Virus record (IMG/VR): IMGVR_UViG_3300027733_000032
Source: a virus
Direction: 5' to 3' (one strand)
DNA: 64,000 nt
Part shown: piece by piece, positions 8,665-17,473 of the stretch
Numbering within the stretch: position 1 is the first letter of the stretch
How the letters are laid out: the number at the start of each line of letters is the position of its first letter
The notes under the pieces: generated by a model
The model's database searches: none
Seen by the model: the letters and a program-made list of their open reading frames with translations, nothing else
Told to the model about the DNA's origin: nothing
Made by a program: the position numbers and the translations under genes

Positions 8665-10759
8665 CTTCTTCTTGTTGTAGAGCGGCCAGTCGTACTGAGT
8701 GAGCCTTGGTTTTTGGTCCGACAGGAGAAACCGACGAGACTGTTAGTGAGTTGAGTAGCAAATTGCGAACCAGCCAGTTCATGGGATATGAATAGGGGTC
8801 GGATGCATGCTTTTTCCTAAATTCTGCAGCGTACGACATCGCTCGCCTCTTAAAATCTTCGCCCCAGATATAGGTTTCAATAAATTCCCTAATCTCTGGC
8901 CACCCACCATCTGCGGTTTCTCGGATTAGTTTTTCAATATCAAAATCTGGATACCAGCGTCGCTGTGCGTCGATTTCCGGCCAACACTGCCAGAGCCCAT
9001 CGTAGAATTCTGGTTCCGTCGCAACAACATCACCAATCCGACGAATTGCCACAGCGTGCAATGGAATGCCGACTCGCTTGTTTGAATTGGTCAATGTGGC
9101 GAGGTCGTAATATTCGCAATATTCTGCGCCATGTTCTTCTGAAAGAAACTTGAAAACATCATCAACTTGCCAGTCGTAAATAATCTTTGCAAACTTCATC
9201 GGCAAACCCTTTTTAGACTTGTAGGGGGTAACGATGTAACTTTCATGCAATTTCTGAACAACCGAGCGATATCTGACCATCGACTCGGCAGCACGTACTC
9301 CAGTAATGAAGGCTATGTTGCCAGTCTTTCCCTGAGTCGTGTAATAATCAATATGCTCTGGCAGGGGGCTACGATGGTCTAAGCCGAAGTGGTAAGCCGT
9401 AATTGCCCATTCTGGCATTGGGCGATACAGATTGCATAATTGCATTCGATGCTCGTGCCACAATAATTCGACCATTCGCCTACCAAGAGACCAAACCTCT
9501 GTCCCCGTAGGCAAACAATTCCCCGTGAGAATATGGTCAGCCAGAACAAACGAATGCGTTTTATCTACAACAGCGCAGTAAACTTCATCGCTTCCATCAT
9601 CTTCAACGGAAACAACCTTCCATAAACGCTTACGTCGATTAGTAGATTTAGCAGAAGACAGCCACCTATCTTTGTGATGAGGGATAATGAAAAATTCTGA
9701 AGTTAAATCTTCGCGAGCAATAGTCATTTGCCAAGACTCAGACTCGGCGTTCCCATAAGTGCCGACCACGGCTTTATTTATGCCATGAGTGAAAATTCCT
9801 AGATTCGTACATACTGTCCGGAAAAACTCTAAGTTTTTCTTTTTGGATGATGCGATTGTTACTTTTCCTTCTTTGGATACACACCCATCAGCGGCAAAAT
9901 ATCCAGAAAGCCACCCATAAAGATAGGATGGGGACTCATCGAGTGATGGATAGTCTTTAAAAAAGAAAGGAAGACCAATAGCGCGTGGCTGCTGAATTTC
10001 ATCCTTGCGCGCTCCTGCGCTCGTAGATGTTATGTGACCATCAAAATATTGTTTCATGACAGTATCTTTGTCACCATGAAAAGTTACTTGGCATCCATTC
10101 GAAGACTTATTGCCGTCACCAAATACAAATCCATGAGCAATGCCGAAAGGACTAGGTAATTTGACGTGTCTAAATTTCCAAGCACCAACCAAGCAGTCAC
10201 CTGGCCTTAGGTCTTGAGTTAATCGTTCAATTTTTTCTTCTTTTTGTTTCCCAAGTTCCGTCCATCTATTCCGCACGAACCAGCGGTGGTCGGGCGTCGC
10301 TCTGATTGTCTTGGTGACGCCATTGCGCATTAATGTGACCTTCTGAACATTACGATGACCAAAGTGGCGAATTGGGGCAGTAACCCACACACCCTTATTG
10401 GTCATTAGTTCGTGTTCTTCACCTGCTAGGTCCCTAATCGGAAATGTTCCGCGTCGTGTAATAACTTCAGTATCACCATCGACGCAATACCACTCCATAT
10501 CTACCCAGTCGTAATCCCTTACTTTCATGACATAGTCAAGTAGTACAGGGCTGACCATTTCTTCGTCACGGAAAATTACTTTGACTGGACCAAGTCCGCG
10601 TTCTTCGTGGATTTCTTTGGCTAAATAAAGAACGGCGCTAGAATCTTTACCGCCAGAAAATTGAACACAGACAGTATCGAAGGTGTCGTAAACGTGGCGG
10701 ATACGCTGCCGTGCAGCCTCTACGCACGAAATATCCAGAAACATGCGTTGCCGAGTCAT
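8657..10759 (-). CDS. PAPS-reductase/PP-loop family protein (IbrA/DUF3440-like) interrupted by an intein
   Basis: VQFSGGKDS PP-loop, FRDEE, ITGVRAAES-x-x-R, KIIYDWQVDDVF and RVGIPLH. Confidence 0.85.
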   Translation of the reverse strand: MTRQRMFLDISCVEAARQRIRHVYDTFDTVCVQFSGGKDSSAVLYLAKEIHEERGLGPVKVIFRDEEMVSPVLLDYVMKVRDYDWVDMEWYCVDGDTEVITRRGTFPIRDLAGEEHELMTNKGVWVTAPIRHFGHRNVQKVTLMRNGVTKTIRATPDHRWFVRNRWTELGKQKEEKIERLTQDLRPGDCLVGAWKFRHVKLPSPFGIAHGFVFGDGNKSSNGCQVTFHGDKDTVMKQYFDGHITSTSAGARKDEIQQPRAIGLPFFFKDYPSLDESPSYLYGWLSGYFAADGCVSKEGKVTIASSKKKNLEFFRTVCTNLGIFTHGINKAVVGTYGNAESESWQMTIAREDLTSEFFIIPHHKDRWLSSAKSTNRRKRLWKVVSVEDDGSDEVYCAVVDKTHSFVLADHILTGNCLPTGTEVWSLGRRMVELLWHEHRMQLCNLYRPMPEWAITAYHFGLDHRSPLPEHIDYYTTQGKTGNIAFITGVRAAESMVRYRSVVQKLHESYIVTPYKSKKGLPMKFAKIIYDWQVDDVFKFLSEEHGAEYCEYYDLATLTNSNKRVGIPLHAVAIRRIGDVVATEPEFYDGLWQCWPEIDAQRRWYPDFDIEKLIRETADGGWPEIREFIETYIWGEDFKRRAMSYAAEFRKKHASDPYSYPMNWLVRNLLLNSLTVSSVSPVGPKTKAHSVRLAALQQEEDE
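9518..10486 (-). mobile_element. intein (323 aa) with LAGLIDADG homing endonuclease
   Basis: Starts WY|CVDGDTEV (block A); ATPDHRW (block B); HGFVFGDG and SGYFAADG LAGLIDADG motifs; ends VYCAVVDKTHSFVLADHILTGN|C. Confidence 0.92.
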
Positions 10760-10768
10760 GATTTAATC

Positions 10769-11176
10769 CTATTGCCCCTGTTGCTCTTCATTTAAGTCGA
10801 CAATAGCAGTAATGTGACGCATGGACCATCCATCGTTGAGAAATTCACTGCTTAGGGTCTTGACGAGACCCGATTTATTAATCATCAGATAGCCATGTTT
10901 GCCAGTTTTCTCACATGTCATTGAACATATTTTTTCGTGTTTACGAACAACGGCATTCATGCTTTCCACGTTGTGTGGGTTGGAGGGGTTGTAGTAATAA
11001 CGCAAACCACCAAATTTTTCTTTTATTTGAAAAATGGTATATCCGGGGTCAAGTAACGAAAGTTCCTTATCGCACATAGATATGATTCTCCACCAACCCT
11101 CATCACATGAAATATGAGTCCCATATTCTGGGTTAATGCGCAACAATACTGGTTGCAGATAATCTGGATAATCCAT
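10769..11176 (-). CDS. hypothetical phage protein (QIKEKFGGLRYY motif)
   Basis: 135-aa ORF; the motif is recurrent in phage hypotheticals. Confidence 0.7.
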   Translation of the reverse strand: MDYPDYLQPVLLRINPEYGTHISCDEGWWRIISMCDKELSLLDPGYTIFQIKEKFGGLRYYYNPSNPHNVESMNAVVRKHEKICSMTCEKTGKHGYLMINKSGLVKTLSSEFLNDGWSMRHITAIVDLNEEQQGQ

Positions 11177-11177
11177 A

Positions 11178-11393
11178 TTAATCCTTTTTACGAAGGTCCA
11201 ACTTGAAGGTTAGCACTCCATCTTCAAGTGTTGCTTCGCAGTCGCCTATCATCGCAAAATCCTGAAAATCCACCTTTGCCTGATTGACAAAAAGGGCACG
11301 TTCCGGTCCAGCCACTGGTGGTAATGGGCGTTTTTTCACAGCCTCTGCTCGCTCGCGAAAACGGGCTAAAATTTCATTTGGGTCCAGCATCAT
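11178..11393 (-). CDS. hypothetical protein
   Basis: ORF tightly packed in the operon; likely start MMLDPNE. Confidence 0.6.
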   Translation of the reverse strand: MMLDPNEILARFRERAEAVKKRPLPPVAGPERALFVNQAKVDFQDFAMIGDCEATLEDGVLTFKLDLRKKD

Positions 11394-11592
11394 ATTCTTC
11401 TTTTGTAGCACGTAGTACAAGCGTTTCTTTATCGCGTGAAATTGGGTCTCCTGCAGGCCACTCCTCTTCCATGGGTATTTCCAATGTATACCAGGTGCGA
11501 TTTTCCATTTCCGTAATTTTGTATTTACGTCTTCTTTCTACCGTTGATTTAAGACGAATCTTGTCAATATCTTCATTATGAGACATTATCAA
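11374..11592 (-). CDS. hypothetical protein
   Basis: 72-aa ORF overlapping both neighbours on the operon strand. Confidence 0.5.
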   Translation of the reverse strand: MIMSHNEDIDKIRLKSTVERRRKYKITEMENRTWYTLEIPMEEEWPAGDPISRDKETLVLRATKEEYDAGPK

Positions 11593-11863
11593 TCATTTCA
11601 TATAGGGCCTCAAATGCCATCTGATTGGATGAGCAAAAAACGCTATCTGATAATTTTATAATGTAATCACCCAAGTGTGCCTTCATCTCCATATCGACTC
11701 CCTTGAGTAAGATAATCAAATCTGGCCTACTTTCATCACCATTGCGTGGGACGACAGTTAGTAAACCACCGCACCAGTCGGCCACCTCACGTTGATTTAA
11801 TGGCATAAAACGCATAGCCTCAACATCGAGGCCGATTCGACGGTACCTTTGGACAGTTAGCAT
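11576..11863 (-). CDS. hypothetical phage protein
   Basis: 95 aa; VEAMRF...AHLGDYIIK pattern common in phage hypotheticals. Confidence 0.65.
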   Translation of the reverse strand: MLTVQRYRRIGLDVEAMRFMPLNQREVADWCGGLLTVVPRNGDESRPDLIILLKGVDMEMKAHLGDYIIKLSDSVFCSSNQMAFEALYEMIDNVS

Positions 11864-11864
11864 A

Positions 11865-12026
11865 TTAGGCGTTGTTCTTCTTTAGAATTTCCAAAACTTC
11901 CGCCAGAAGAACTTTGATTTCCTTCAATGTTTCGTGTGATTCACGAGCAGGCCCCCCAGCAAGGTAGGCATTGCGTTGTGCTTCCATGCGTGCATTTTCC
12001 TTAATTGCTGATGCATTGCGTTCCAT
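11865..12026 (-). CDS. small hypothetical protein (53 aa, missing from the ORF track)
   Basis: GGAGGA SD, then MERNASAIKENARMEAQRNAYLAGG...KKNNA*. Confidence 0.6.
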   Translation of the reverse strand: MERNASAIKENARMEAQRNAYLAGGPARESHETLKEIKVLLAEVLEILKKNNA

Positions 12027-12028
12027 GA

Positions 12029-12283
12029 CTATTCCTCCACTGTTGTTTTTTTATGACTGGCTGGCTTCCTGAACTCCATCATTAACTCTTCAAGAATTTT
12101 CTGACTGACATGCTCAGGAGTATTGCCCTTAATGGCAGACATTAGTTTTTCACTAAACAATATTTCTTTTTTGAGTTGTTCGGTAAGGAAATAAACGTCA
12201 TTTCTCAATGCAAAAACATCGTTAGAAAGGGCCTCGTACTCTCTACGTAAACCACTGAGGACGTATTCGGCATCACTGCTCAT
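12029..12283 (-). CDS. hypothetical coiled-coil protein
   Basis: 84-aa ORF in the operon. Confidence 0.55.
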   Translation of the reverse strand: MSSDAEYVLSGLRREYEALSNDVFALRNDVYFLTEQLKKEILFSEKLMSAIKGNTPEHVSQKILEELMMEFRKPASHKKTTVEE

Positions 12284-12557
12284 TTAGAACTCCTACATCG
12301 TTAAAATTTGTTGAGACATGGCCATTGACTCCCACATCGTAGACTGTTTCAATCCAGACCTGAGCACCACAAGATAATGGAGTGCTCGGCTGATAAACAA
12401 CACGAGCAACAACATTTCCGAGACCATCACAAATCTCAACTTCATCACAATACGCCGCTTTAGCACTACGCGTTTTTCTTACGCTTAGCGGCGGCTGTTC
12501 TGCTTGATGTTTTTTATTTGAACGAATCGTATTGCTATTTACGTGAACTATTGCCAT
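12273..12557 (-). CDS. hypothetical phage protein
   Basis: 94 aa; IVHVNSNTIRSN...PLSCGAQVWIET pattern. Confidence 0.65.
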   Translation of the reverse strand: MAIVHVNSNTIRSNKKHQAEQPPLSVRKTRSAKAAYCDEVEICDGLGNVVARVVYQPSTPLSCGAQVWIETVYDVGVNGHVSTNFNDVGVLNEQ

Positions 12558-12566
12558 TTTGTGAGA

Positions 12567-14498
12567 CTACTTGATTGGGCAGGCACCAGTAGCGCAATCA
12601 TCCAATTCAACCAAACCATCAAATGCTGGACGATGTAGGGGAACGGAGAAATCAATCCTGCTCAGCGACTTCTCATAGGCCTCTTTGGTGCATTCTTCAT
12701 ATGGTGGCAATGGGAAGTTGTGGTCCGTATGAAGAAGGAATGAAACCGACTTCACAGAATTGTCGTAATTCTTTGAGAGCCACTCTTTGATTTCCGAAAG
12801 TTCTTCCTTGCGATAATACACGGTCACCGAAACAGCATTGTCTGCCCATTCGGTCTGCATTTTCTTGACCCACTCAAGTTGAGCCACCGCAGTCATGCTG
12901 CTTGCCAGCACAGAGCCCTCAGGGGACTCACAGGGGAATTCAACAACAAAGCGAGTGTGGTCTTCACGACCATCGATTCCAACGTCGTAGCAGACCTTGT
13001 AGCCGCGCTTGCGGCAAGCCTCAACCAATGGGTCAGATGAACCAAAGCGGACGCGACGAATATAATACGGCGCGAATGCTGGGTGAATCCCTGGCGTGAC
13101 GCCAGGAAGCAATGAAAGCGTCCCTGAGGGCTGTACGGTTGTCAGACGAACCGAGACGGGCAATCCATTCTCTTTTGAATACTGAGCGTCAAGCGCCTCT
13201 AGGTAGTCGTATGCATCGGCCAACCACGAAATTTTATCCTCTGAGCACTGAAGGATTCCCGTAATAGACTGGCCTAGACGAGCATTCTTTTGGACAATTT
13301 TGGTCGTCTTCTCGTATGGGTAGTTCATGCGAGTAATTTGCTTTTGAGTTTTGTATAGCAAATATGAGATGTCCTTAAATTGTTCTGAAGAAGCAATATT
13401 TGGGAGGAAAATCGTTGAGAGGTTGCATGATTCACCATCACCTAGTGCAATTTCAGCACAAGGATTAAATCCTTCAATGGTCGGGTCAGCCTTGAGTTGT
13501 CCTACGCGACCGAACTTGCGGGCAAGTTTGCGATTAACTAGGCCATAGGGCTCTCCGGTGCCGTCATAACCCTTCCATAGTTCTGCAGCAATCTCGTCAT
13601 AGCCATCTGCGTAGATGCTGTTATTACTGTTTGCTCGCCATGCGGGAACATTTCCGGAACCCCAGTTCTTTGCACGGAGAAACAGCACGTCATCAGGGTC
13701 ACCGATGGCGATTTGCGCCGAACGACGCGACGAACCCGACACAACGATACGACCAATGATGTTGCAAATGTCCAAAACGTCAATGGAGCGAAGTTTCTTG
13801 CCAACACGATTTTCAAGGACTTTACAAATGTCCGAGATGCCATCAATGAGAGCACCAGGGCCCGATGCAGTCCCACCGAACTTCTTCAGTGGGGCGCCGT
13901 ATTCGCGAACAAGAATCGTCGAATACGTAAATGAACGACCTGTTTCAAAATATGACTTCAGCACTGAATGAAGTAGGCGACGCCATCCTTGACGACTATC
14001 GGGAACGATAATGTCTGCATCATTAGTACGTTCGTGACTAATCGTGATTCCGCCCTTAACTTTGGGCAAATCATGAATCTTTGAGCGTTCAACAGAGAAG
14101 CCGACTCCGCCACCAAGCATGAGGTAATCGAAAAGAAGTTCAAAGTCTTCAATCTTCTCGATGTTGGTGAAGTAACAGTTATTGAGACTCGTGCCTGAGA
14201 ATTCTTTTGTCAAGGTTGTCCCAAGTTGCCACAATGAGCGACCCGCAAATGAACAACGAAGGTTGAACATGTGGTCAAAAAGACGTTCTGCTTCTTCCTG
14301 AGTATATGGAACGCCAATATCAATAGCGCCGTTAATGACTCGTTGAAGTGTTTCTACCCAAGTTTCCGTATCTCCATTATCTTTTTTGCGACTATAAGTA
14401 CGCAGAAAAACGATTTCCCCCATTCCGTTAAATCCCCATGGTGGTGTTTGCTCTGAGTAATTACGTACAAATTCATCGGAAATCCGGGTCATAGCCAT
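12567..14498 (-). CDS. nrdJ: class II (adenosylcobalamin-dependent) ribonucleotide reductase
   Basis: FLRTYSR, LNNC, RRSAQI, GFNPCAEI, TVQPSGT and C-terminal DCATGACPIK redox pair. Confidence 0.95.
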   Translation of the reverse strand: MAMTRISDEFVRNYSEQTPPWGFNGMGEIVFLRTYSRKKDNGDTETWVETLQRVINGAIDIGVPYTQEEAERLFDHMFNLRCSFAGRSLWQLGTTLTKEFSGTSLNNCYFTNIEKIEDFELLFDYLMLGGGVGFSVERSKIHDLPKVKGGITISHERTNDADIIVPDSRQGWRRLLHSVLKSYFETGRSFTYSTILVREYGAPLKKFGGTASGPGALIDGISDICKVLENRVGKKLRSIDVLDICNIIGRIVVSGSSRRSAQIAIGDPDDVLFLRAKNWGSGNVPAWRANSNNSIYADGYDEIAAELWKGYDGTGEPYGLVNRKLARKFGRVGQLKADPTIEGFNPCAEIALGDGESCNLSTIFLPNIASSEQFKDISYLLYKTQKQITRMNYPYEKTTKIVQKNARLGQSITGILQCSEDKISWLADAYDYLEALDAQYSKENGLPVSVRLTTVQPSGTLSLLPGVTPGIHPAFAPYYIRRVRFGSSDPLVEACRKRGYKVCYDVGIDGREDHTRFVVEFPCESPEGSVLASSMTAVAQLEWVKKMQTEWADNAVSVTVYYRKEELSEIKEWLSKNYDNSVKSVSFLLHTDHNFPLPPYEECTKEAYEKSLSRIDFSVPLHRPAFDGLVELDDCATGACPIK

Positions 14499-14563
14499 AT
14501 CTTTCTAGTTGGTTGAGGCAGGTGGAAAGAAGATTGTAGACGACGCGAAAATAAAGAAAGTGT

Positions 14564-14875
14564 CTACAGTAGACCTAATCTTTTTGCTTCGTCTTGCGAA
14601 ATATTTTCGCCCTTCTTGTATACCAGAACTCGCGCCTTCGTGTATGGCGTTATCGGCTTTTCTTCCCAAATATCTTCTTCAACGAACACAGTTATCCCGC
14701 CTCCGCCAGATGAAGATGCATCAAATCCAATAATATGCTTAGGCGGTGTGCCGTCGGTACAATCGCCGGTTGGATGACCGCACACAGGACAAGCCTGTCG
14801 GTCGGCTCTTGAAATTCTAATACCGTCAATACCCGAGTTGCTAATTCCATGATATTCAGAAAAATAAAGGTCCAT
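14564..14875 (-). CDS. hypothetical protein with CPVCGHPTGDC Zn-binding motif
   Basis: 103-aa ORF, preceded by a TGG-TACGAT -10 box 6 nt before the ATG. Confidence 0.65.
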   Translation of the reverse strand: MDLYFSEYHGISNSGIDGIRISRADRQACPVCGHPTGDCTDGTPPKHIIGFDASSSGGGGITVFVEEDIWEEKPITPYTKARVLVYKKGENISQDEAKRLGLL

Positions 14876-14893
14876 TGACCAATCGTACCAGAG

Positions 14894-14969
14894 TGCCCCT
14901 GGCGGGATTTGAACCCGCGTGTCACCCCTACGGTTTCTACGCTTTATAAGAGCGGGCCGATACAGGGGC
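14894..14969 (-). tRNA. non-canonical tRNA-like RNA, anticodon UAU (Ile), lacking a D-arm
   Basis: Perfect acceptor stem GCCCCTG/CAGGGGC with A discriminator; perfect T-arm GCGGG-TTCAAAT-CCCGC; anticodon loop CT-TAT-AA on a 4-bp stem; only 7 nt between acceptor and anticodon stem; 20-nt variable region; no encoded CCA. Confidence 0.8.
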
Positions 14970-14975
14970 CTGTTC

Positions 14976-15608
14976 TTAAAATTCTTCTACATTAAATCCA
15001 TCCAGATGCATGGCATGAATCATTGCATCCATCTCCTCGTCGGAGTATTCGTTCATTGGGGCGAGACTCAGGGCCTCCCTTAACATTTTAGGAACTGGGG
15101 CAGTCCTCATGATTTCGTCAAGATTTCTCGTATATCCAGTAGTTTCGCCCCATTCAATGGAGCGCCCTATCTCGTAAGAGTAAGGGACGGTGGCGATTGT
15201 GGTCTGAGTCTCCCCTGTAACTTCATTAATTTCGCAATGCGTCACGGTAATACACTCCTTGACTATATTTTTGCCATCTGCAAATGCTTTACGTAAATCT
15301 GCGCCGTTGAGACGTGTCTTGTCAAATGTTTCAAAACCTTCGGCCACTAGCGATATCGCGTCCACCGCCCACGCCACCCTAATGGCATTGCACATTGCCT
15401 GGCATCGAGGGATTCTCTCAAGAACCGGCACGCGCATGTATTCGTTGCGCAACTGAGCAACCATGGATAGTCGACCTTCGCGCCATCCAAAAAAATTGAA
15501 TGCCAAATCCTCCCCTAATCCATATTCTTCAACCATTAAATCTTTTGCCACTTGGGCACTTGTAATGGTAAGAGCAATTTTGCTCATGTCATCAGGGTAT
15601 TCTTCCAT
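14976..15608 (-). CDS. hypothetical protein
   Basis: 210-aa ORF; TAGTTT -10-like box 6 nt before the ATG. Confidence 0.7.
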   Translation of the reverse strand: MEEYPDDMSKIALTITSAQVAKDLMVEEYGLGEDLAFNFFGWREGRLSMVAQLRNEYMRVPVLERIPRCQAMCNAIRVAWAVDAISLVAEGFETFDKTRLNGADLRKAFADGKNIVKECITVTHCEINEVTGETQTTIATVPYSYEIGRSIEWGETTGYTRNLDEIMRTAPVPKMLREALSLAPMNEYSDEEMDAMIHAMHLDGFNVEEF

Positions 15609-15656
15609 CTCGCAAAACTAATCGATGCAATAGTTCCGCCGTTGCAACTACGGCGT

Positions 15657-15672
15657 TGCTATCATTCCAAAT
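15657..15672 (+). promoter_or_regulatory. extended -10 promoter TGC-TATCAT, likely leaderless
   Basis: TATCAT at 15660-15665, 7 nt before ATG 15673; no SD. Confidence 0.55.
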
Positions 15673-16068
15673 ATGAGCAACAAAAACACCCCCAACAAAA
15701 AGACATCAACCACAAAGGTTGCTGCCAAAAAGAAGACTACCCAGAAGAAGGTTGCACAAAAGAAGGCAGCCCCCGTGAAGTCCGTAGCCAAAAAGGCTGC
15801 AGCAGCACAGGCAAATTCTTCATCGGCGGCCCCAGTGAAGAAGAAGGCTGGCCGACCACCGAAGTCTATAGTGCCAAAGGCTGCCTCTACTCTTGTAGTG
15901 CCAACCGGCGTCGAACTCCCGTCGGCAACCTCAACCACCGCTGCGACTGGTTCAGTTGCAGATTCGGTAGTGATGAGCCTGTCGTGGCAAAAGGCGGCTG
16001 CCAAGCCAACTAAATCGCAACGATTCAAGAACTTCTTCCGTCTATCGGGCCGCAAGAACAAATCCTGA
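15673..16068 (+). CDS. Lys/Ala-rich histone-like protein
   Basis: KKAAPVK/KKVAQKK repeats, GRPPK AT-hook-like motif, almost no acidic residues. Confidence 0.65.
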   Translation: MSNKNTPNKKTSTTKVAAKKKTTQKKVAQKKAAPVKSVAKKAAAAQANSSSAAPVKKKAGRPPKSIVPKAASTLVVPTGVELPSATSTTAATGSVADSVVMSLSWQKAAAKPTKSQRFKNFFRLSGRKNKS

Positions 16069-16133
16069 AGAAAAAGCAAACCAACTAGTGAATGGCTAAT
16101 TTGGGCTATCATTTAGTCCAGGAGGTATGCTTT

Positions 16134-16313
16134 ATGAAGAAGAAAATTGATGCCATTAGTGAGGCTGCAGCAATCATAGGTGCCGACCCCTCAACATTAA
16201 ATGAGGAACAAGCGCAGAAAATACTGCGCTCAATGGTTATGTCAAACGAAAGTATACGTATTCGTAAGGCAAAGAACAATATTGGGAAAATCAAGGACAA
16301 GGGCAATGAGTGA
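16134..16313 (+). CDS. small hypothetical protein
   Basis: AGGAGG SD before ATG 16134 (MKKKIDAISEAA...). Confidence 0.6.
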   Translation: MKKKIDAISEAAAIIGADPSTLNEEQAQKILRSMVMSNESIRIRKAKNNIGKIKDKGNE

Positions 16314-16578
16314 GTTAGTTTCGCGCGTACACAAGTTAAGTGATGAAATTATTTACCTCAAAGAGCGAGTTCTTGAAGAGCAACGCAAATATGTGGACGA
16401 AGTGGACCACTCCGACCAACTTGCTCATTTCTTGACCATACTGCACGACGGCAAAAAATGTATTTCATTTTGTTCTTTTTGCGACATTATTCGAACTCAC
16501 GAAACAAGACGCATGGCGGACGCCGTTGACTCATCTGCGCCAAACTCAACATCAACACAAATAGTCGTCAACCCGTAG
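16306..16578 (+). CDS. hypothetical protein (C-x-x-x-C-x-x-C)
   Basis: Likely start MSELVSR, overlapping the previous stop. Confidence 0.55.
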   Translation: MSELVSRVHKLSDEIIYLKERVLEEQRKYVDEVDHSDQLAHFLTILHDGKKCISFCSFCDIIRTHETRRMADAVDSSAPNSTSTQIVVNP

Positions 16579-16584
16579 GAAGCG

Positions 16585-16929
16585 ATGCATCTCAGTACGC
16601 TAGAGGACTATATTGCCGAATTGGCCAATCATTCCCTAGAAGGAACAAGCGAATTCCAGTCTAACGACGAGATAGTTCGGCGATTAATGGACATTCTTAT
16701 TGTTGAAGAGTCACGAATTCCTGATTTCATCATAAATGGCGACCACTTTTATGATTATGATACGGAATCGGATAATGAAGATTTCTTTGTCCCAGCAATA
16801 AAAGAAGATTTTTTGCAAATGGAGAAAATTATGAAAAAAATAATTTGGGTGATGATGACTACTTTTGTCGGCATTGCATGTTTTCTCTATGGTTTTTTTA
16901 GCGCGCCACAGAAGGTTATTAAAAAATGA
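16585..16929 (+). CDS. hypothetical acidic protein with C-terminal transmembrane segment
   Basis: IIWVMMTTFVGIACFLYGFF hydrophobic stretch. Confidence 0.5.
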   Translation: MHLSTLEDYIAELANHSLEGTSEFQSNDEIVRRLMDILIVEESRIPDFIINGDHFYDYDTESDNEDFFVPAIKEDFLQMEKIMKKIIWVMMTTFVGIACFLYGFFSAPQKVIKK

Positions 16930-17255
16930 TTGCTAATACAGAACCAGAACCACTAATTGTTCTTGCTTTGGGACAAAAAAAGCCACAGCCAGTAATCAGT
17001 TGCTCCTACCAAGGAATTGAATTCACACATAACGGTGGCAGGTGGGGCGCAAGGCGTGAGTATGACACCGAGACAATCTCATTGTTTACTATCAAAGAGT
17101 ACGAAGGAAGCAACACTCGCACCCACTCGCTTGTTGCGGTCATTCCATCAGGACATCCGCTATTGGGGAATTTCGACTCTTACTCGGAGTTCTCGGCAAT
17201 CGTGAAGTATCTAATCGAGCACTATTCTGTAGAAAAGTATATTGAGGCATCGTGA
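16926..17255 (+). CDS. hypothetical protein
   Basis: ATGA overlap with the previous gene. Confidence 0.55.
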   Translation: MIANTEPEPLIVLALGQKKPQPVISCSYQGIEFTHNGGRWGARREYDTETISLFTIKEYEGSNTRTHSLVAVIPSGHPLLGNFDSYSEFSAIVKYLIEHYSVEKYIEAS

Positions 17256-17470
17256 ATAACGAAGAATTGTTTGAAGAAAACGAATTCATTGACCTAGACA
17301 ACCCCAATAACGCCCCAGTTCATTTTGCTATGGAACGCTGGAATATTTGCATGTCGTGCGACAGGCTTTTAAAAGTTACTCGCCAATGCAAAGAGTGTGG
17401 ATGCTTTATGAAGGTTAAGGTCAGACTCAAGAACTCATCGTGCCCATTGGGCAAATGGGGACAAGCCTAA
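17252..17470 (+). CDS. small Cys-rich putative Zn-binding protein
   Basis: CMSC...CKECGC...CPLGKW. Confidence 0.7.
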   Translation: MNNEELFEENEFIDLDNPNNAPVHFAMERWNICMSCDRLLKVTRQCKECGCFMKVKVRLKNSSCPLGKWGQA

Positions 17471-17473
17471 TTC

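Noticed and set aside
9490-9517. CLPTGTEV after the intein resembles a second intein block A
   Set aside because: No block B or splice terminus follows; the sequence continues as the PAPS-reductase-like extein (W...R-x-MP-x-WAIT).
14894-14969. tmRNA tRNA-like domain
   Set aside because: No G3-U70 alanine determinant or tag-reading frame; a compact anticodon loop is present.
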